56,260 nucleotides of DNA from Lentisphaeria bacterium (GCA_041690595.1 JAWLHB010000051.1:1-56260), one strand, 5' to 3'. Counted from the stretch's first letter, positions 39,893-49,785 are shown. Notes: generated from the sequence alone by a model not told the origin. Numbers and translations are program-made.

Positions 39893-41449
39893 TCAGGGCG
39901 GAGGGGGAGGCTTGGGCCAGTCGGTAAAGAAGGTGTCGATATTGTCCGAGGCGATGCGGGGTGCGTAGATGACGTCATCCGCGCTGACAACCCGTCCATC
40001 CGGGAAGGTGTAGAGGTTCATGAAGTGCCCGTCGACATGGAGGGGGAACTGCTGCTGAAGGCTTTCGTCGCGATGCAGCCGCTCGTGCTCGGCCTGATCG
40101 AAGTCCATGGTGGAATCAGCGATTTCCGCGAGTTCCTGGCGTGCGGCGACATCGTCGCGATCAGTGGAGTCGATGAGGTTGTGCTGCTCCCCCGGGTCTG
40201 TACGGAGGTTGAAGAGGAGAGGCGGAGCGTTGCGGAAGCGGACGTACTTGTAGGTGTCGAGCCGGAGCATGCGGAACTCCGTTCCATCACCCCAGCGGGG
40301 GACCAATGCATCGCAGGCAATGTGGCGACGCGGCAGCTCTCCACTACGGCGAATGGCGGGCGAGATGTCAAGGCCAGCGACATCGTCCGGTGCTTCGATG
40401 CCGGCCATGGCGCAGATGGTGGGCAGCAGGTCAATGAGGCCGACAGGGATACTGCAGATCGTGGAGGGGCTGTCGCCGCGGCGCTGTTCGGGGGTGGAGA
40501 TGATGAGGGGGACGCGGGTGCATCCCTCATACCAGCCATTCTTCCACCAGACGCCATGCTCGCCGGCCATCTCGCCATGGTCCGTGGAATAGATGATGAC
40601 GGTGTTGTCCAGGAGTTTGTCGTTATCGAGGCGAATCAGCATGTCGCCGATGACTTCGTCGAGGTAAGAGACAGAGGCGAAGTAGGCGGCCCTGGCGCGG
40701 AGCATTTCTTCTTGGGTGACGGCGTCGGCGCTGAATCCTTGGCGCATGCCGACGCTCATGGGATGATCGTAGGCGTCTCCGGCAGCAGGAATGGGTGGGG
40801 AGGTCACCCCATGCGGCCAATAGTGGTCAATATGTCGTGCGGGTGCGGTGAGGGGAAAGTGCGGACGGCTGAAAGAGGCGCAAAGGAAGGTTGGGCGGTC
40901 AGGATCGCGGTTATATTGCTCACGCAGCCAGGCGATGGACTCCTGAGCGACAATCTGATCCTGGATAAGGCTTTCGGGGATGCCGGTGACGCCGGCGCCG
41001 GCGGTTCGCGCGCGCATGCCGTGGCGATCATCGTCGCGTATGGGTTCCCACTGGTGGCCGCAGCTGCCGGTAAGGTCGCCATACGGTCGAGCCTGGAAGC
41101 CGGCGGCCTGGCGGCTGCCGCCAAGGTGCATCTTGCCGACCAGACAGGTGGCGTAGCCGGCGTCACCGAGCAGGCTGGCGATAGTAGGCTGACCGGGGCG
41201 GAGGATGCTGCTGTTGGTCCACGCACCCGCATCTCGAACTTCGCGCCCGGTGAGGGTACAGAGGCGGGATGGCGTGCAGAGGGGCATCTGGCAATAGGCG
41301 TCGGTGAACCAGGTTCCGCCGATGATCAACTGGTCGAGGGCGGGGGTATTGACGGGCTCGCCGCCGTCCTCCGGGGAAAGACAGCCAAGGAAGCGGAAGC
41401 TGTGTTCATCGCTGAAGAGGAAGAGGAAATCGGGTTGAGGCTTTGGCAT
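39893..41449 (-). CDS. Sulfatase (choline-sulfatase-like, CxPxR)
   Basis: FSDEH, PLCTPSR, GKMH, SFSRPHFPL, YSTDHGEMAGEHG, LFNLRTDPGE. Confidence 0.92.
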   Translation of the reverse strand: MPKPQPDFLFLFSDEHSFRFLGCLSPEDGGEPVNTPALDQLIIGGTWFTDAYCQMPLCTPSRLCTLTGREVRDAGAWTNSSILRPGQPTIASLLGDAGYATCLVGKMHLGGSRQAAGFQARPYGDLTGSCGHQWEPIRDDDRHGMRARTAGAGVTGIPESLIQDQIVAQESIAWLREQYNRDPDRPTFLCASFSRPHFPLTAPARHIDHYWPHGVTSPPIPAAGDAYDHPMSVGMRQGFSADAVTQEEMLRARAAYFASVSYLDEVIGDMLIRLDNDKLLDNTVIIYSTDHGEMAGEHGVWWKNGWYEGCTRVPLIISTPEQRRGDSPSTICSIPVGLIDLLPTICAMAGIEAPDDVAGLDISPAIRRSGELPRRHIACDALVPRWGDGTEFRMLRLDTYKYVRFRNAPPLLFNLRTDPGEQHNLIDSTDRDDVAARQELAEIADSTMDFDQAEHERLHRDESLQQQFPLHVDGHFMNLYTFPDGRVVSADDVIYAPRIASDNIDTFFTDWPKPPPPP

Positions 41450-41590
41450 GGCGTCGGCTCCGGAGTGCTGGGTTGAAGAGGCTCCATTATGCACTATAGC
41501 GTCATCGTTGCCCAAAGTACCATGATTGGATGATCTTGTGCTTGGCGGGAAGGCAGGTTAAGTTGCCATATCGATTTACAGAGAGGTCGC

Positions 41591-42106
41591 ATGGTTCCGT
41601 TTCGAATACTGCTGGTGGGATACCTGGTGATGGATGCCGTTATCATCACCGCGCAACTGTGGCTCCATGGCAAACTGCCGGGGCCGGTGGAAATTGCGCA
41701 AGGTCGGATGATGGCACAGTCGACGCTGCTGCTCTTGGCGGTAGGGCTGCCACTGAGCTTCGATGTGCTCTTCCTGGGACTGCCACTGGCCGTGTACCCG
41801 GTGCTGAAGCAGAATCGTTTCGGAGTGGCATCGCATGGTGATCAACCGGCGAGCGAGGCCGATGAGATCCAGCGGCGAAAGGAGTATTTTTTTCGCCTAT
41901 TCGCGGTCTTGTTGGGGTTGGGGATCGTGATCAAGATCGCGTTCGTGCTGGCGGTCTATGAGTGGTACGCCTCGAATCTGGGTACGGACCTGCCGCTGTC
42001 ATCGCTGCGGACCTTCCGCTGGATCATCGCCATCCTGCTGCTGGTGATGCTGCCGCTGGTGGGGCTGTTGATGCGCCATCGCTCGCAGCAGCCGAGCAGT
42101 CTGTAG
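41591..42106 (+). CDS. Hypothetical membrane protein (about 4 TM)
   Basis: 171-aa ORF after GAGAGG with alternating hydrophobic segments. Confidence 0.7.
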   Translation: MVPFRILLVGYLVMDAVIITAQLWLHGKLPGPVEIAQGRMMAQSTLLLLAVGLPLSFDVLFLGLPLAVYPVLKQNRFGVASHGDQPASEADEIQRRKEYFFRLFAVLLGLGIVIKIAFVLAVYEWYASNLGTDLPLSSLRTFRWIIAILLLVMLPLVGLLMRHRSQQPSSL

Positions 42107-42237
42107 TCTCCCCGCCCAAGTGCTTGCGCCTGAGGCGCGGGAGTATAGGTTTAGGAAGTCGGCTGTTGTGCCCGACTCTACTGCAATCAAGAACTCGTCC
42201 AGCATTGAACGGTTCATCAGAAGGAGCTTTTGTTGCC

Positions 42238-43632
42238 ATGAGCAAATCAACGGATATACGTCCAGTCGCCACCAAATTGTACTTCCTGCCGGTGACGACG
42301 CGGGTACCCCTGAAGTTCGGCCATGAAACCGTGGAGTACATCACTGTGGCACGGGCCAGGGTGACGGTGGAGACTCAGGCAGGCAAACGGGCAGAAGGCT
42401 GGGGTGAGACGCCGCTGAGTGTAACCTGGGTCTGGCCATCCACACTTCCCTATGAGCAACGCCATGATGCGCTGAAGCAGTTCTGCCTGATCCTGGCGGA
42501 GGCATGGTCAGACTTCGACATCCGGGGACATGCGATGGAGGTCGGGCACGCGTTTCTGGAGGATCGGTTGCCGGAGTTGTTGAGAGCGTTCAATGCAGAT
42601 CGTGCGGAGAGTGAGGCGATGCCGTGGCTGGCAGCGTTGGTATGCTGTTCGGTATTCGATATTGCCGTGCATGATGCGTTCGGCATTGCCCACGGGATGC
42701 CGACGTACGAGAGCTACAATGGCACCTACATGTCTCGCGATCTGAATGAGTTCCTGGAGCCCGCGGAAGATGCGCAAGTCAGCTTCGCGGGTCATTATCC
42801 GCAGGACTATCTCTCGGCGCGGCGGCAGATCATACCGGCATGGCACCTGGTCGGGGGGAAAGATCCGGTGTCGGCGGATGAATTGACGGGGCAGGAGCCG
42901 GATGATGGATACCCAGTGCTTCTGGCGGACTGGATCCGCACTGACGGGCTGAAGTGCCTGAAGATCAAGTTGGTGGGCAATGACGCGGCGTGGGATTACC
43001 AGAGGCTCTGCGGGGTTGGACGGCTGGCGCAATCGCTCGGCTGCAACTGGTTGTCGACCGATTTCAACTGCACCGTGCAGGATCCACGCTACGTGAATCA
43101 GATTCTGGATCGGTTGATGATCGAGGAGCCTGCTTTGTACGGGATGATTCTGTACGTGGAGCAGCCGTTTCCGTATGACTTGGAAGCGCACCGGATCGAT
43201 GTTCACAGCGTCTCGGCGCGGAAACCGTTGTTCATGGATGAAAGCGCCCATGACTGGCGGCATGTGCGCCTGGGGCGCAGCCTGGGATGGACAGGGGTGG
43301 CGCTGAAGACCTGTAAGACGCAGACTGGCGCGCTGCTGAGCATGTGCTGGGCACGCGCTCACGGCATGACCTTGATGGTGCAGGATCTGACAAATCCGAT
43401 GCTGGCGCAGGTGCCGCACGTTCTGCTGGGGTCGTATGCGGGAACGATCATGGGGGTCGAGACCAACAGCATGCAGTTCTATCCGGAGGCGTCGCGACAC
43501 GAAGCCCGGGTGCATCCGGGCATCTACCGGCGCGAGGGGGGGACGGTCGATCTGACGACGTTGTCCGGCCCGGGGTTCGGCTACCGGATCGAAGAGATTC
43601 GGCGGCAACTGCCGGCGGCTGCTTACGGCTGA
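42238..43632 (+). CDS. Mandelate racemase/muconate lactonizing (enolase superfamily) enzyme
   Basis: RVPLKFG, GWGE, LKIKL (KxK), TDFN, YVEQP, MDES; RBS AAGGAG. Confidence 0.85.
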   Translation: MSKSTDIRPVATKLYFLPVTTRVPLKFGHETVEYITVARARVTVETQAGKRAEGWGETPLSVTWVWPSTLPYEQRHDALKQFCLILAEAWSDFDIRGHAMEVGHAFLEDRLPELLRAFNADRAESEAMPWLAALVCCSVFDIAVHDAFGIAHGMPTYESYNGTYMSRDLNEFLEPAEDAQVSFAGHYPQDYLSARRQIIPAWHLVGGKDPVSADELTGQEPDDGYPVLLADWIRTDGLKCLKIKLVGNDAAWDYQRLCGVGRLAQSLGCNWLSTDFNCTVQDPRYVNQILDRLMIEEPALYGMILYVEQPFPYDLEAHRIDVHSVSARKPLFMDESAHDWRHVRLGRSLGWTGVALKTCKTQTGALLSMCWARAHGMTLMVQDLTNPMLAQVPHVLLGSYAGTIMGVETNSMQFYPEASRHEARVHPGIYRREGGTVDLTTLSGPGFGYRIEEIRRQLPAAAYG

Positions 43633-43649
43633 TCAGCGTTGTGGCCGGG

Positions 43650-43979
43650 TTACGTGGCCTCGGAATCGCGTGACCTGAGCCGTTGAAGATGCTCCTGCCA
43701 CTCCAGCGGCACCATGTATTTCTTGGCCGAATTACATTTTTTGCAGCAGGCGACAACATTATGGCGAGTGGTAAAGCCACCTCGCACTACCGGGACAACA
43801 TGATCCATGGTCAAGTCGTGTGGGTGCACTTTTTCGCGGCAATAGTAGCATTGGCCGGCAGCAAGAACATTCTTCCACCACTGGGAAGCGCGAAGCTCGC
43901 GTGCTTTGGCCTTTTCTCGCTTTATATGTTCGTCGCTGGCCGGCTGAAAGAAGCTGCTGCCAAAGTCGATATCGTTCAT
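43650..43979 (-). CDS. Small HNH endonuclease
   Basis: CYYC...TMDHVVPVVRGG...NVVACCKKCN. Confidence 0.9.
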   Translation of the reverse strand: MNDIDFGSSFFQPASDEHIKREKAKARELRASQWWKNVLAAGQCYYCREKVHPHDLTMDHVVPVVRGGFTTRHNVVACCKKCNSAKKYMVPLEWQEHLQRLRSRDSEAT

Positions 43980-44025
43980 CTAACTCATTTACCGAAATTT
44001 TGCTGGAATCATGTTGATCTTCAGC

Positions 44026-44054
44026 TTGACGCCGTGTAGATATGCCGCTACAAT
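44026..44054 (+). promoter_or_regulatory. Near-consensus sigma70 promoter
   Basis: TTGACG (44026-44031), N17, TACAAT (44049-44054). Confidence 0.65.
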
Positions 44055-44351
44055 GGAGTTTATCGTATGGTCTGTCAACCCTCATTGAGGGTAACACCCA
44101 TCGAGAGCCCGCCTGGAGAAGAGCGACGCACGAACGTCCCAAGAGTCTGTTGAGACCCAGAAAGTGAGCTAAAGTTGAAAAAAAACTTGCCGAACAGAGT
44201 TGCCGAGTGTACCTATGCAGGAAATAGCGGCCGTACTTTGTTATTGTATGACGGCAGGCGTTACCGTGCAGGAGTCGCCCAAAGCGGGCAAACGAGAGAT
44301 CCCTGAGAGAGAGACAAGAGTAAGTCACCCCAACCAGTAGGAGAAGTACGT

Positions 44352-44528
44352 ATGAAGGCCAGCTTCTATGACGTCAAAGAACGCCAAAAGGTCGATGCCG
44401 AAGTGACCGAGAAGAAAGTTTACGGTGAGCAAGGTCGTGAGCGCTATGCGTTGCGCGGGCAGACCGCCGATGGTCGCAACCTGACCAAGTTTGTCTCCAA
44501 GAAAGAGTGGGACAAGGTCAAAGTATAA
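44352..44528 (+). CDS. 58-aa basic small protein (not in ORF track), possible nucleoid-associated protein
   Basis: RBS TAGGAG; translation MKASFYDVKERQKVDAEVTEKKVYGEQGRERYALRGQTADGRNLTKFVSKKEWDKVKV; followed by a terminator. Confidence 0.8.
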   Translation: MKASFYDVKERQKVDAEVTEKKVYGEQGRERYALRGQTADGRNLTKFVSKKEWDKVKV

Positions 44529-44582
44529 CTTTGGCTCGGCTTTAAATGCCTCAAGCGTGCCTGGCACGACTTGGGGGCAAAT

Positions 44583-44625
44583 GGCACTTGTGCATACTCG
44601 AAAGAGCGTGCCAAGTGCCTTTTTT
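44583..44625 (+). terminator. Rho-independent terminator
   Basis: GGCACTTG...CTC-GAAA-GAG...CAAGTGCC followed by TTTTTT. Confidence 0.8.
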
Positions 44626-44882
44626 CTTGAGTTCAACCGCACCTGCTGGCGGGATCGAGGGCAGGGTGTTTTGTCGCCCGGTGGAAGACTTCGCCTTCAT
44701 GCCGATGGAAGATGCGATGCGGAAAGCCCACAAGTGCCCCTGAAAATTGGTGGTGTTACCTTGCAATTGCTGGGGAAGAGCTTACTGTTTTTTCTTTGTT
44801 GCAGAGCGCATGCAGGCTGTCTTCAGGCACCTGTGCATCTTGATTTTCCAGACTCGACGTACATCCAAAGGTACCTATCCCC

Positions 44883-47405
44883 ATGATGATCGGTAAGTTC
44901 AACAGGTTCTTCGCCCGCCACGGGAAATTGGCCTTTCTGGTTATTCTTTGCATTATCGGCATACCCTTTATTTTCCTCTTCGGCACGCAGTCGGATCTGA
45001 TTATGCGTGAAGGGCTCGGAGGCAGCAACAAGGTTGCCGAAGTCAACGGGAAGCCGATCAGCATGGAAGCCTTCTTCCATCACGTCTACGGAATCGAATT
45101 GCAGGGCATCGCCAATGGGCGTGGCCTCTTCGATCTCAGCCGCGCCGAAACGCTCCGTTTCCTTGCGCCTCAGGTTTTCAGCCGGATTCACCTGCTTCAG
45201 AAGGCAAAGAAGGCGGACCTCGATGCCGTGAGCGACGAACAGGTGGCCGACCGGATCCGCTCGTTCCAGATACTGCAGAACGAAGACGGGCAGTTCGATC
45301 GGACCCTCTATAATCAGTTCAAGGAGAACTACCTCAAGCAGCGTCACCTGAGCACCAAGGCATTTCACAGCATCCTTCGTGATGAGATCGCGCTGGAACG
45401 GCTGCTCAATCCGATGGTGAACGGCGTGACGGTGAACAGCCTTGAGATCAAGGCCAGCGACATGCTCAGCCGCATCGACACGACGGTGAAGGTGGCACGC
45501 CTGGGATACTGGGATACGTCGAAGGGCGTGGAGGTCACCGATTCGGAGGTCAAGGCCTATTACGAAGAGAACAAAGACGAGTTCACGCTGGGACGGCAGA
45601 AGCAGTTGCTGGTGCTCTACGCCAATGCCTTGGATTTCATGGATCGCGCGGAGGTCACCGACGAGGAGATTCAGGCTTACTACGACGCCAAACAGGACGA
45701 GTTCAAGGCAACCGAAGTTGAAGCCCATCATATTCTGGTGAGCAGCCCGGCGACGGATAGCGAGGAAGAGCGTGAGGCAAAGCGCAAACAAGCGGAAGAG
45801 CTGCTGGAGCAGATCAAGGGCGGCGCGGATTTCGCTGAGGTCGCAAGGAACCGGAGTCAGGATCCGAATACGGCGGCAAACGGAGGGCAGCTTGGCTATA
45901 TCCGTCCGGAGAGTCGTCCCGCCTTCGCGCCGATTCTGGTGGCGGAAGGCGAAATCGACAAAGTCTACCCCCGCGTCCTGCCCAGCCAGTTTGGTTTCCA
46001 CATTGCCATGAAAACCGGGCAGCGCGAGATCGTTAAGCCGCTGAGTGAAGTGCGCATGCGAATCGAAAATGAGCTGATGCGCGAGAAGGACGAGGCACTC
46101 TATGAGGAGGATGCGCGGAAGCTGTACGAGGAACGCAAGGAGACCGCCTATGTAACTCCCAGCCAGTCTCACCTTAGCCACATCCTGATTAAGGCCGAGC
46201 GGACGGCGCCGGAAGAAGACATTCAGGCGGCGCGCGAGAAAGCCGAAAAGCTGCTGGCTGAAATCAATGCCGGTGCTGACTTTGCGGAAACGGCCAAAGA
46301 GCATAGCGAAGATGGCTCTGCTGCCAACGGCGGCGATCTTGGGTGGGCTCCCCTGAGCAGTTGGGTACCCGAGTTTGCGGCCGCCGCGGAAGCACTGGAG
46401 CCTGGCGAAGTCAGTGAAATAGTTCAGAGCCAGTTCGGCTTTCACATCATCAAGAAGCTGGAAGCGGACAAGAAAGGCGAAGCCAAGAGCTATGATCAAG
46501 TGCGGCAATCCCTGATCTCGGAAGTGCGCCGCAAGCGTGTGCAGGAAGGCATGGAGCAGGCACGGGAACTTGTCCAGGGCTTCCAGAAGAAACTTCTGAC
46601 CGAGGAGCTTTTCCGCGCGAAGGGGAGAGCGCAGCTGGATCACTTCCGCAAGACCGCGGAAGCGTACGTTGCCGAGCACGAAGGCAAGGTCTTTCTGCGG
46701 GAAACCGGTTTCTTCGAGGCGGATAGTGAGGTGATCCCGGGAATACCCAATGGCGGCGAAAAGTTGAAGGAAGCGGCAGCCTCGCTCTCGCTGGGAGCCC
46801 GTGTGACCATGGAAGTGGTGGAGTCGGGCAACTCCTTCATGAGCGCGGCACTGCAGGCGGTGCGGGAGGCGCAGGTGCTGAGTTTCGAGGAAGTGGCCAG
46901 CAAGGCGCGAAACCAGCTCTTCAATGAAAAGGCGACGCAAGTTGCCAGGCAGAATGCGCGGGACTCTCGTGAGTATATTGCTGCCGCCCTGAGCGCTGGC
47001 ACGAGCTTGGAAGACGCAGCCAGAGAGCGGAATCTAACCTTCACGGAACTGCAGCCGTTCTCCCTGAGCGAGGCACCCGACGTGTCGGCCGTCCCGTTGG
47101 AGCGTGAAAGTGGCGAGATCATTGCGAAAGCCGCTCGTGACCTTCAGGCCGGTGAGCTTTCCGGTGCGATTGATATCCCCAACGGTGCCGTGATCGTCTA
47201 CGTGGTCGATCACCAGCTGCAGCCGCGTGATGCGGGACAGGAGGAGATGATGCGCAACTTCAGCGAGTATCGATACCAGCAGTCGCTGCTCTCCGCAACC
47301 ATGCGATCCTACTTCGACCGGGTGGAACAGGAAGCGGAATACTACGTGCTGGCCGACTGGCTGAACGAACCGGTAGAGTCAGAAGAAGCTACGGAAGGTC
47401 AGTAA
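44883..47405 (+). CDS. PpiD/SurA-like peptidyl-prolyl isomerase with two parvulin domains
   Basis: N-terminal TM and SurA_N-like region. Two parvulin repeats: AHHILV...DFAEVARNRSQD...NGGQLG...SQFGFHI and SHILI...DFAETAKEHSED...NGGDLG...SQFGFHII. Confidence 0.9.
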   Translation: MMIGKFNRFFARHGKLAFLVILCIIGIPFIFLFGTQSDLIMREGLGGSNKVAEVNGKPISMEAFFHHVYGIELQGIANGRGLFDLSRAETLRFLAPQVFSRIHLLQKAKKADLDAVSDEQVADRIRSFQILQNEDGQFDRTLYNQFKENYLKQRHLSTKAFHSILRDEIALERLLNPMVNGVTVNSLEIKASDMLSRIDTTVKVARLGYWDTSKGVEVTDSEVKAYYEENKDEFTLGRQKQLLVLYANALDFMDRAEVTDEEIQAYYDAKQDEFKATEVEAHHILVSSPATDSEEEREAKRKQAEELLEQIKGGADFAEVARNRSQDPNTAANGGQLGYIRPESRPAFAPILVAEGEIDKVYPRVLPSQFGFHIAMKTGQREIVKPLSEVRMRIENELMREKDEALYEEDARKLYEERKETAYVTPSQSHLSHILIKAERTAPEEDIQAAREKAEKLLAEINAGADFAETAKEHSEDGSAANGGDLGWAPLSSWVPEFAAAAEALEPGEVSEIVQSQFGFHIIKKLEADKKGEAKSYDQVRQSLISEVRRKRVQEGMEQARELVQGFQKKLLTEELFRAKGRAQLDHFRKTAEAYVAEHEGKVFLRETGFFEADSEVIPGIPNGGEKLKEAAASLSLGARVTMEVVESGNSFMSAALQAVREAQVLSFEEVASKARNQLFNEKATQVARQNARDSREYIAAALSAGTSLEDAARERNLTFTELQPFSLSEAPDVSAVPLERESGEIIAKAARDLQAGELSGAIDIPNGAVIVYVVDHQLQPRDAGQEEMMRNFSEYRYQQSLLSATMRSYFDRVEQEAEYYVLADWLNEPVESEEATEGQ

Positions 47406-47731
47406 CCCTTCCTTCCTTCCTTCGCGCAGGCGTACCGCGGCGGAAGTCCTTCCATCTGACTGCTCTGCTTTGGCTGACTCACTCACTCGTGGTCTTCATG
47501 CTCGGTATGATCTTTGAGTTTGGGCACAGGCACCTCACCTTTTGGGCAGGTACTTCCCCTCACAAGACCCCAGGATTGCCCCAACGGCGAGGGATTCCTC
47601 AAGCAGGATTGTGACCATCACACCTCTGCCTGGCATAGCATCCCAGAATGCCCTGACGAGCCATCGTCCCATAGCCCAGGATTGCCCCCTCCAATAGGGG
47701 GGGCTACGCGAACGCGATCCGGAAGCTTCCG

Positions 47732-48700
47732 TTACTTCGGGATGGCTTGGCGCAGGGCTTCAATGGAGAATTCTCCCTCATCCCAGCGGCCGATGGGCTG
47801 CCCATCCTGAAGAAGAAAGACGCGCGGCGGCTTAGCGCCGATGTAGTCGAAAAAGAGCTCGGGTTCAATCAGCAGGCGAGGAAAGTCGCTCTGGGAGACC
47901 AGCGCGAATTCGTCCCACTCATGCGGCTCGCCGAGGGCGATTAGATAGACGTCCGGGAGTCCCGGGGTGGCGGCGAGCTCTCCGGTAAGCTTCTGGCAGT
48001 GGTCGCAGGTGAGACTGACAAAGACGACGATTCTCGTACCCCGTGTAAGATCGACGCTTCCAACCGGCTCGAAATCGGTGAAGCGGGAGAAGCGCGAGGG
48101 TGGGGCGGTGCCTTTGTCGGCTGCCGGGGGAAGCAGACCAGTCTCGCTGCGGATGGGGAAACCTGCAAAGACGATCAGCAGAGCGCTCAGCGCCATGATG
48201 ACCGGCACCAGGGACTTGGTAGCGGTCTGGCTGACGCGGGTCTCCCGCCAGAGCCACGCGGCCCCGATCAGGAGGAGGATATTCTTGGCCAGCGAAGCTT
48301 TCGGACTCATGGGTAGAAGTTCGCCCAGACAATGGCAGTTGCTGAGCTGCCCCTTGTAGTAGCCCGCATAGGCGAGATAGATGCTGAAACCAAACAGCAT
48401 GATCATGCACACCGGCAGGAAGAACGAACGCAGCCATGCCCGCTGAAAGAAGCCCAGACCAACGAAGATTTCGATCATGATGACCAGCCGAGCCATCCAG
48501 GCCGCAACCGTCAGGCTGGGCACCAGATTCTGTTCGATCAGGTAACGCTCAAAAGCGCCAAGCGACGCAAGCTTCGCTGCTGCCGAGAAGACGAAGAAGC
48601 CGCCGATGAGCCACGCCGGCAGCAGTACGCGCACCATGAAGCGCCAGCGACCGGTTTCAATCCTCTCTTCCTCGATCTGTGTTGTCGCTGTGTCGCTCAT
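47732..48700 (-). CDS. MauE/DoxX-family membrane protein with C-terminal thioredoxin-like CxxC domain
   Basis: FSAAAKL, NCHCLGE, LAKNILL, FVSLTCDHC; RBS AGGAG. Confidence 0.8.
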   Translation of the reverse strand: MSDTATTQIEEERIETGRWRFMVRVLLPAWLIGGFFVFSAAAKLASLGAFERYLIEQNLVPSLTVAAWMARLVIMIEIFVGLGFFQRAWLRSFFLPVCMIMLFGFSIYLAYAGYYKGQLSNCHCLGELLPMSPKASLAKNILLLIGAAWLWRETRVSQTATKSLVPVIMALSALLIVFAGFPIRSETGLLPPAADKGTAPPSRFSRFTDFEPVGSVDLTRGTRIVVFVSLTCDHCQKLTGELAATPGLPDVYLIALGEPHEWDEFALVSQSDFPRLLIEPELFFDYIGAKPPRVFLLQDGQPIGRWDEGEFSIEALRQAIPK

Positions 48701-49202
48701 GCTGCAAGTTCTCCTGATCAAACTTGATCTTGGCGATAAGTTGGGAGGTGGAATAGCCCTTGATGAAGGGTTCGAATACGAAGGCGCATCCGAGCTGCTT
48801 GAGGATCACGTACTCGTCGCGGTCTGTTGTCTCTTCGTTATAATCGCCGCCTTTGACATAGATGTCGGGAGGGACCGCCTGAAAGAGGTCGATGGGCTTC
48901 AGGTCAGGAAAGATGACAATGGCATCGGTGCACTCGAGAGAAGCCAGGAGATAGGCGCGGTCATCCTCTGACACCAGCGGGCGTTGCGGCCCCTTGAGGC
49001 GACGCAGGGAGGCATCGCTGTTGATGCCCACAAGCAAGGCGTCACCTGCCTGCCGCGCACGATTGAGGTAGTCCACATGTCCGCGATGAAGCAGATCGAA
49101 GCAGCCGTTCGTGACGACGAGGCTCTTGCCTTCCCGGTGCAACTCCAGGCGCCACGCCTGCGCCTGCGCATACGTCATGATCTTGTCCAGCGGATTGCGC
49201 AT
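48657..49202 (-). CDS. rfaE2: D-glycero-beta-D-manno-heptose 1-phosphate adenylyltransferase (RfaE domain II)
   Basis: TNGCFDLLHRGH, VGINSDASLRRLKGPQRP, VKGGDY, GYSTS. Confidence 0.9.
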   Translation of the reverse strand: MRNPLDKIMTYAQAQAWRLELHREGKSLVVTNGCFDLLHRGHVDYLNRARQAGDALLVGINSDASLRRLKGPQRPLVSEDDRAYLLASLECTDAIVIFPDLKPIDLFQAVPPDIYVKGGDYNEETTDRDEYVILKQLGCAFVFEPFIKGYSTSQLIAKIKFDQENLQHERHSDNTDRGRED

Positions 49203-49215
49203 GGTTTCCTTTGAG

Positions 49216-49785
49216 CTATTCCTGTCGTCCTTCTATGGCTGCAAGCAGGATACCGCCGGCGATGAGAAGGGACTTGTTGTCACGGAATTCGGGATGAAAG
49301 TCGATTTCGAGCTTGAAGACGAAAGGGTTGAAACGCTGCTTATAGCGGCAGACAACGCGATCCCGGAGCGTGGCATTGAAGGTCTGCGGGACGATATTGA
49401 CCACGCGCCGGAGGATCGCCATGGCCAAAGAGTCTTCAATGATCTTGCCGATAGGCGAGTCGCTGGCGTCGAGAATCGCCCATTCGTCCCGGAGCATGGA
49501 TTTGACGCCACGGCGCTGGAGTGTGCCGATCTTCTGGCCACTGGACGAGTCGATGACATCATAGGCAGCTGAAAAGTCAATGACGCCGCGGGCGGCAATG
49601 CGGATGATCTCCTCGTGCATTTCTTCACTTCGGTAGATGCGCAGATCTTCCTTGAGCTTGAAGGCCTTCATCTTGCAGTAGGCGGTGACCGCCCCGGCCG
49701 AATCGTATATGTGGAAGGCACCCCCGAAGAGCTTGAATACCTTCCGGCGGATCATGTACCGGGAGTCGCTGAAAACTTCGGTCAT
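49216..49785 (-). CDS. LURP-one/scramblase-like protein
   Basis: KAFKLKEDLRIY, IDFSAAYDVID, GVKSMLRDEW, LLAAIEGRQ. Confidence 0.75.
   Translation of the reverse strand: MTEVFSDSRYMIRRKVFKLFGGAFHIYDSAGAVTAYCKMKAFKLKEDLRIYRSEEMHEEIIRIAARGVIDFSAAYDVIDSSSGQKIGTLQRRGVKSMLRDEWAILDASDSPIGKIIEDSLAMAILRRVVNIVPQTFNATLRDRVVCRYKQRFNPFVFKLEIDFHPEFRDNKSLLIAGGILLAAIEGRQE

Noticed and set aside
38621..41476. 951-aa plus-strand ORF
   Set aside because: It is the antisense shadow of the URO-D and sulfatase genes in high-GC DNA and has no recognisable motifs
43650..43979. HNH nuclease as a defence system or homing element
   Set aside because: It is a stand-alone small HNH with no methylase, ATPase or intron context
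44265..44330. c-di-GMP-I riboswitch (GGGCAAAC seen)
   Set aside because: The downstream GAAA tetraloop stem and GACGCAAAG elements are not present
44823..46940. 705-aa minus-strand ORF (and similar long antisense ORFs at 5122-6840, 9980-11476, 25600-27300, 30926-32293)
   Set aside because: They lie opposite well-supported genes, as expected from GC3-biased codon usage
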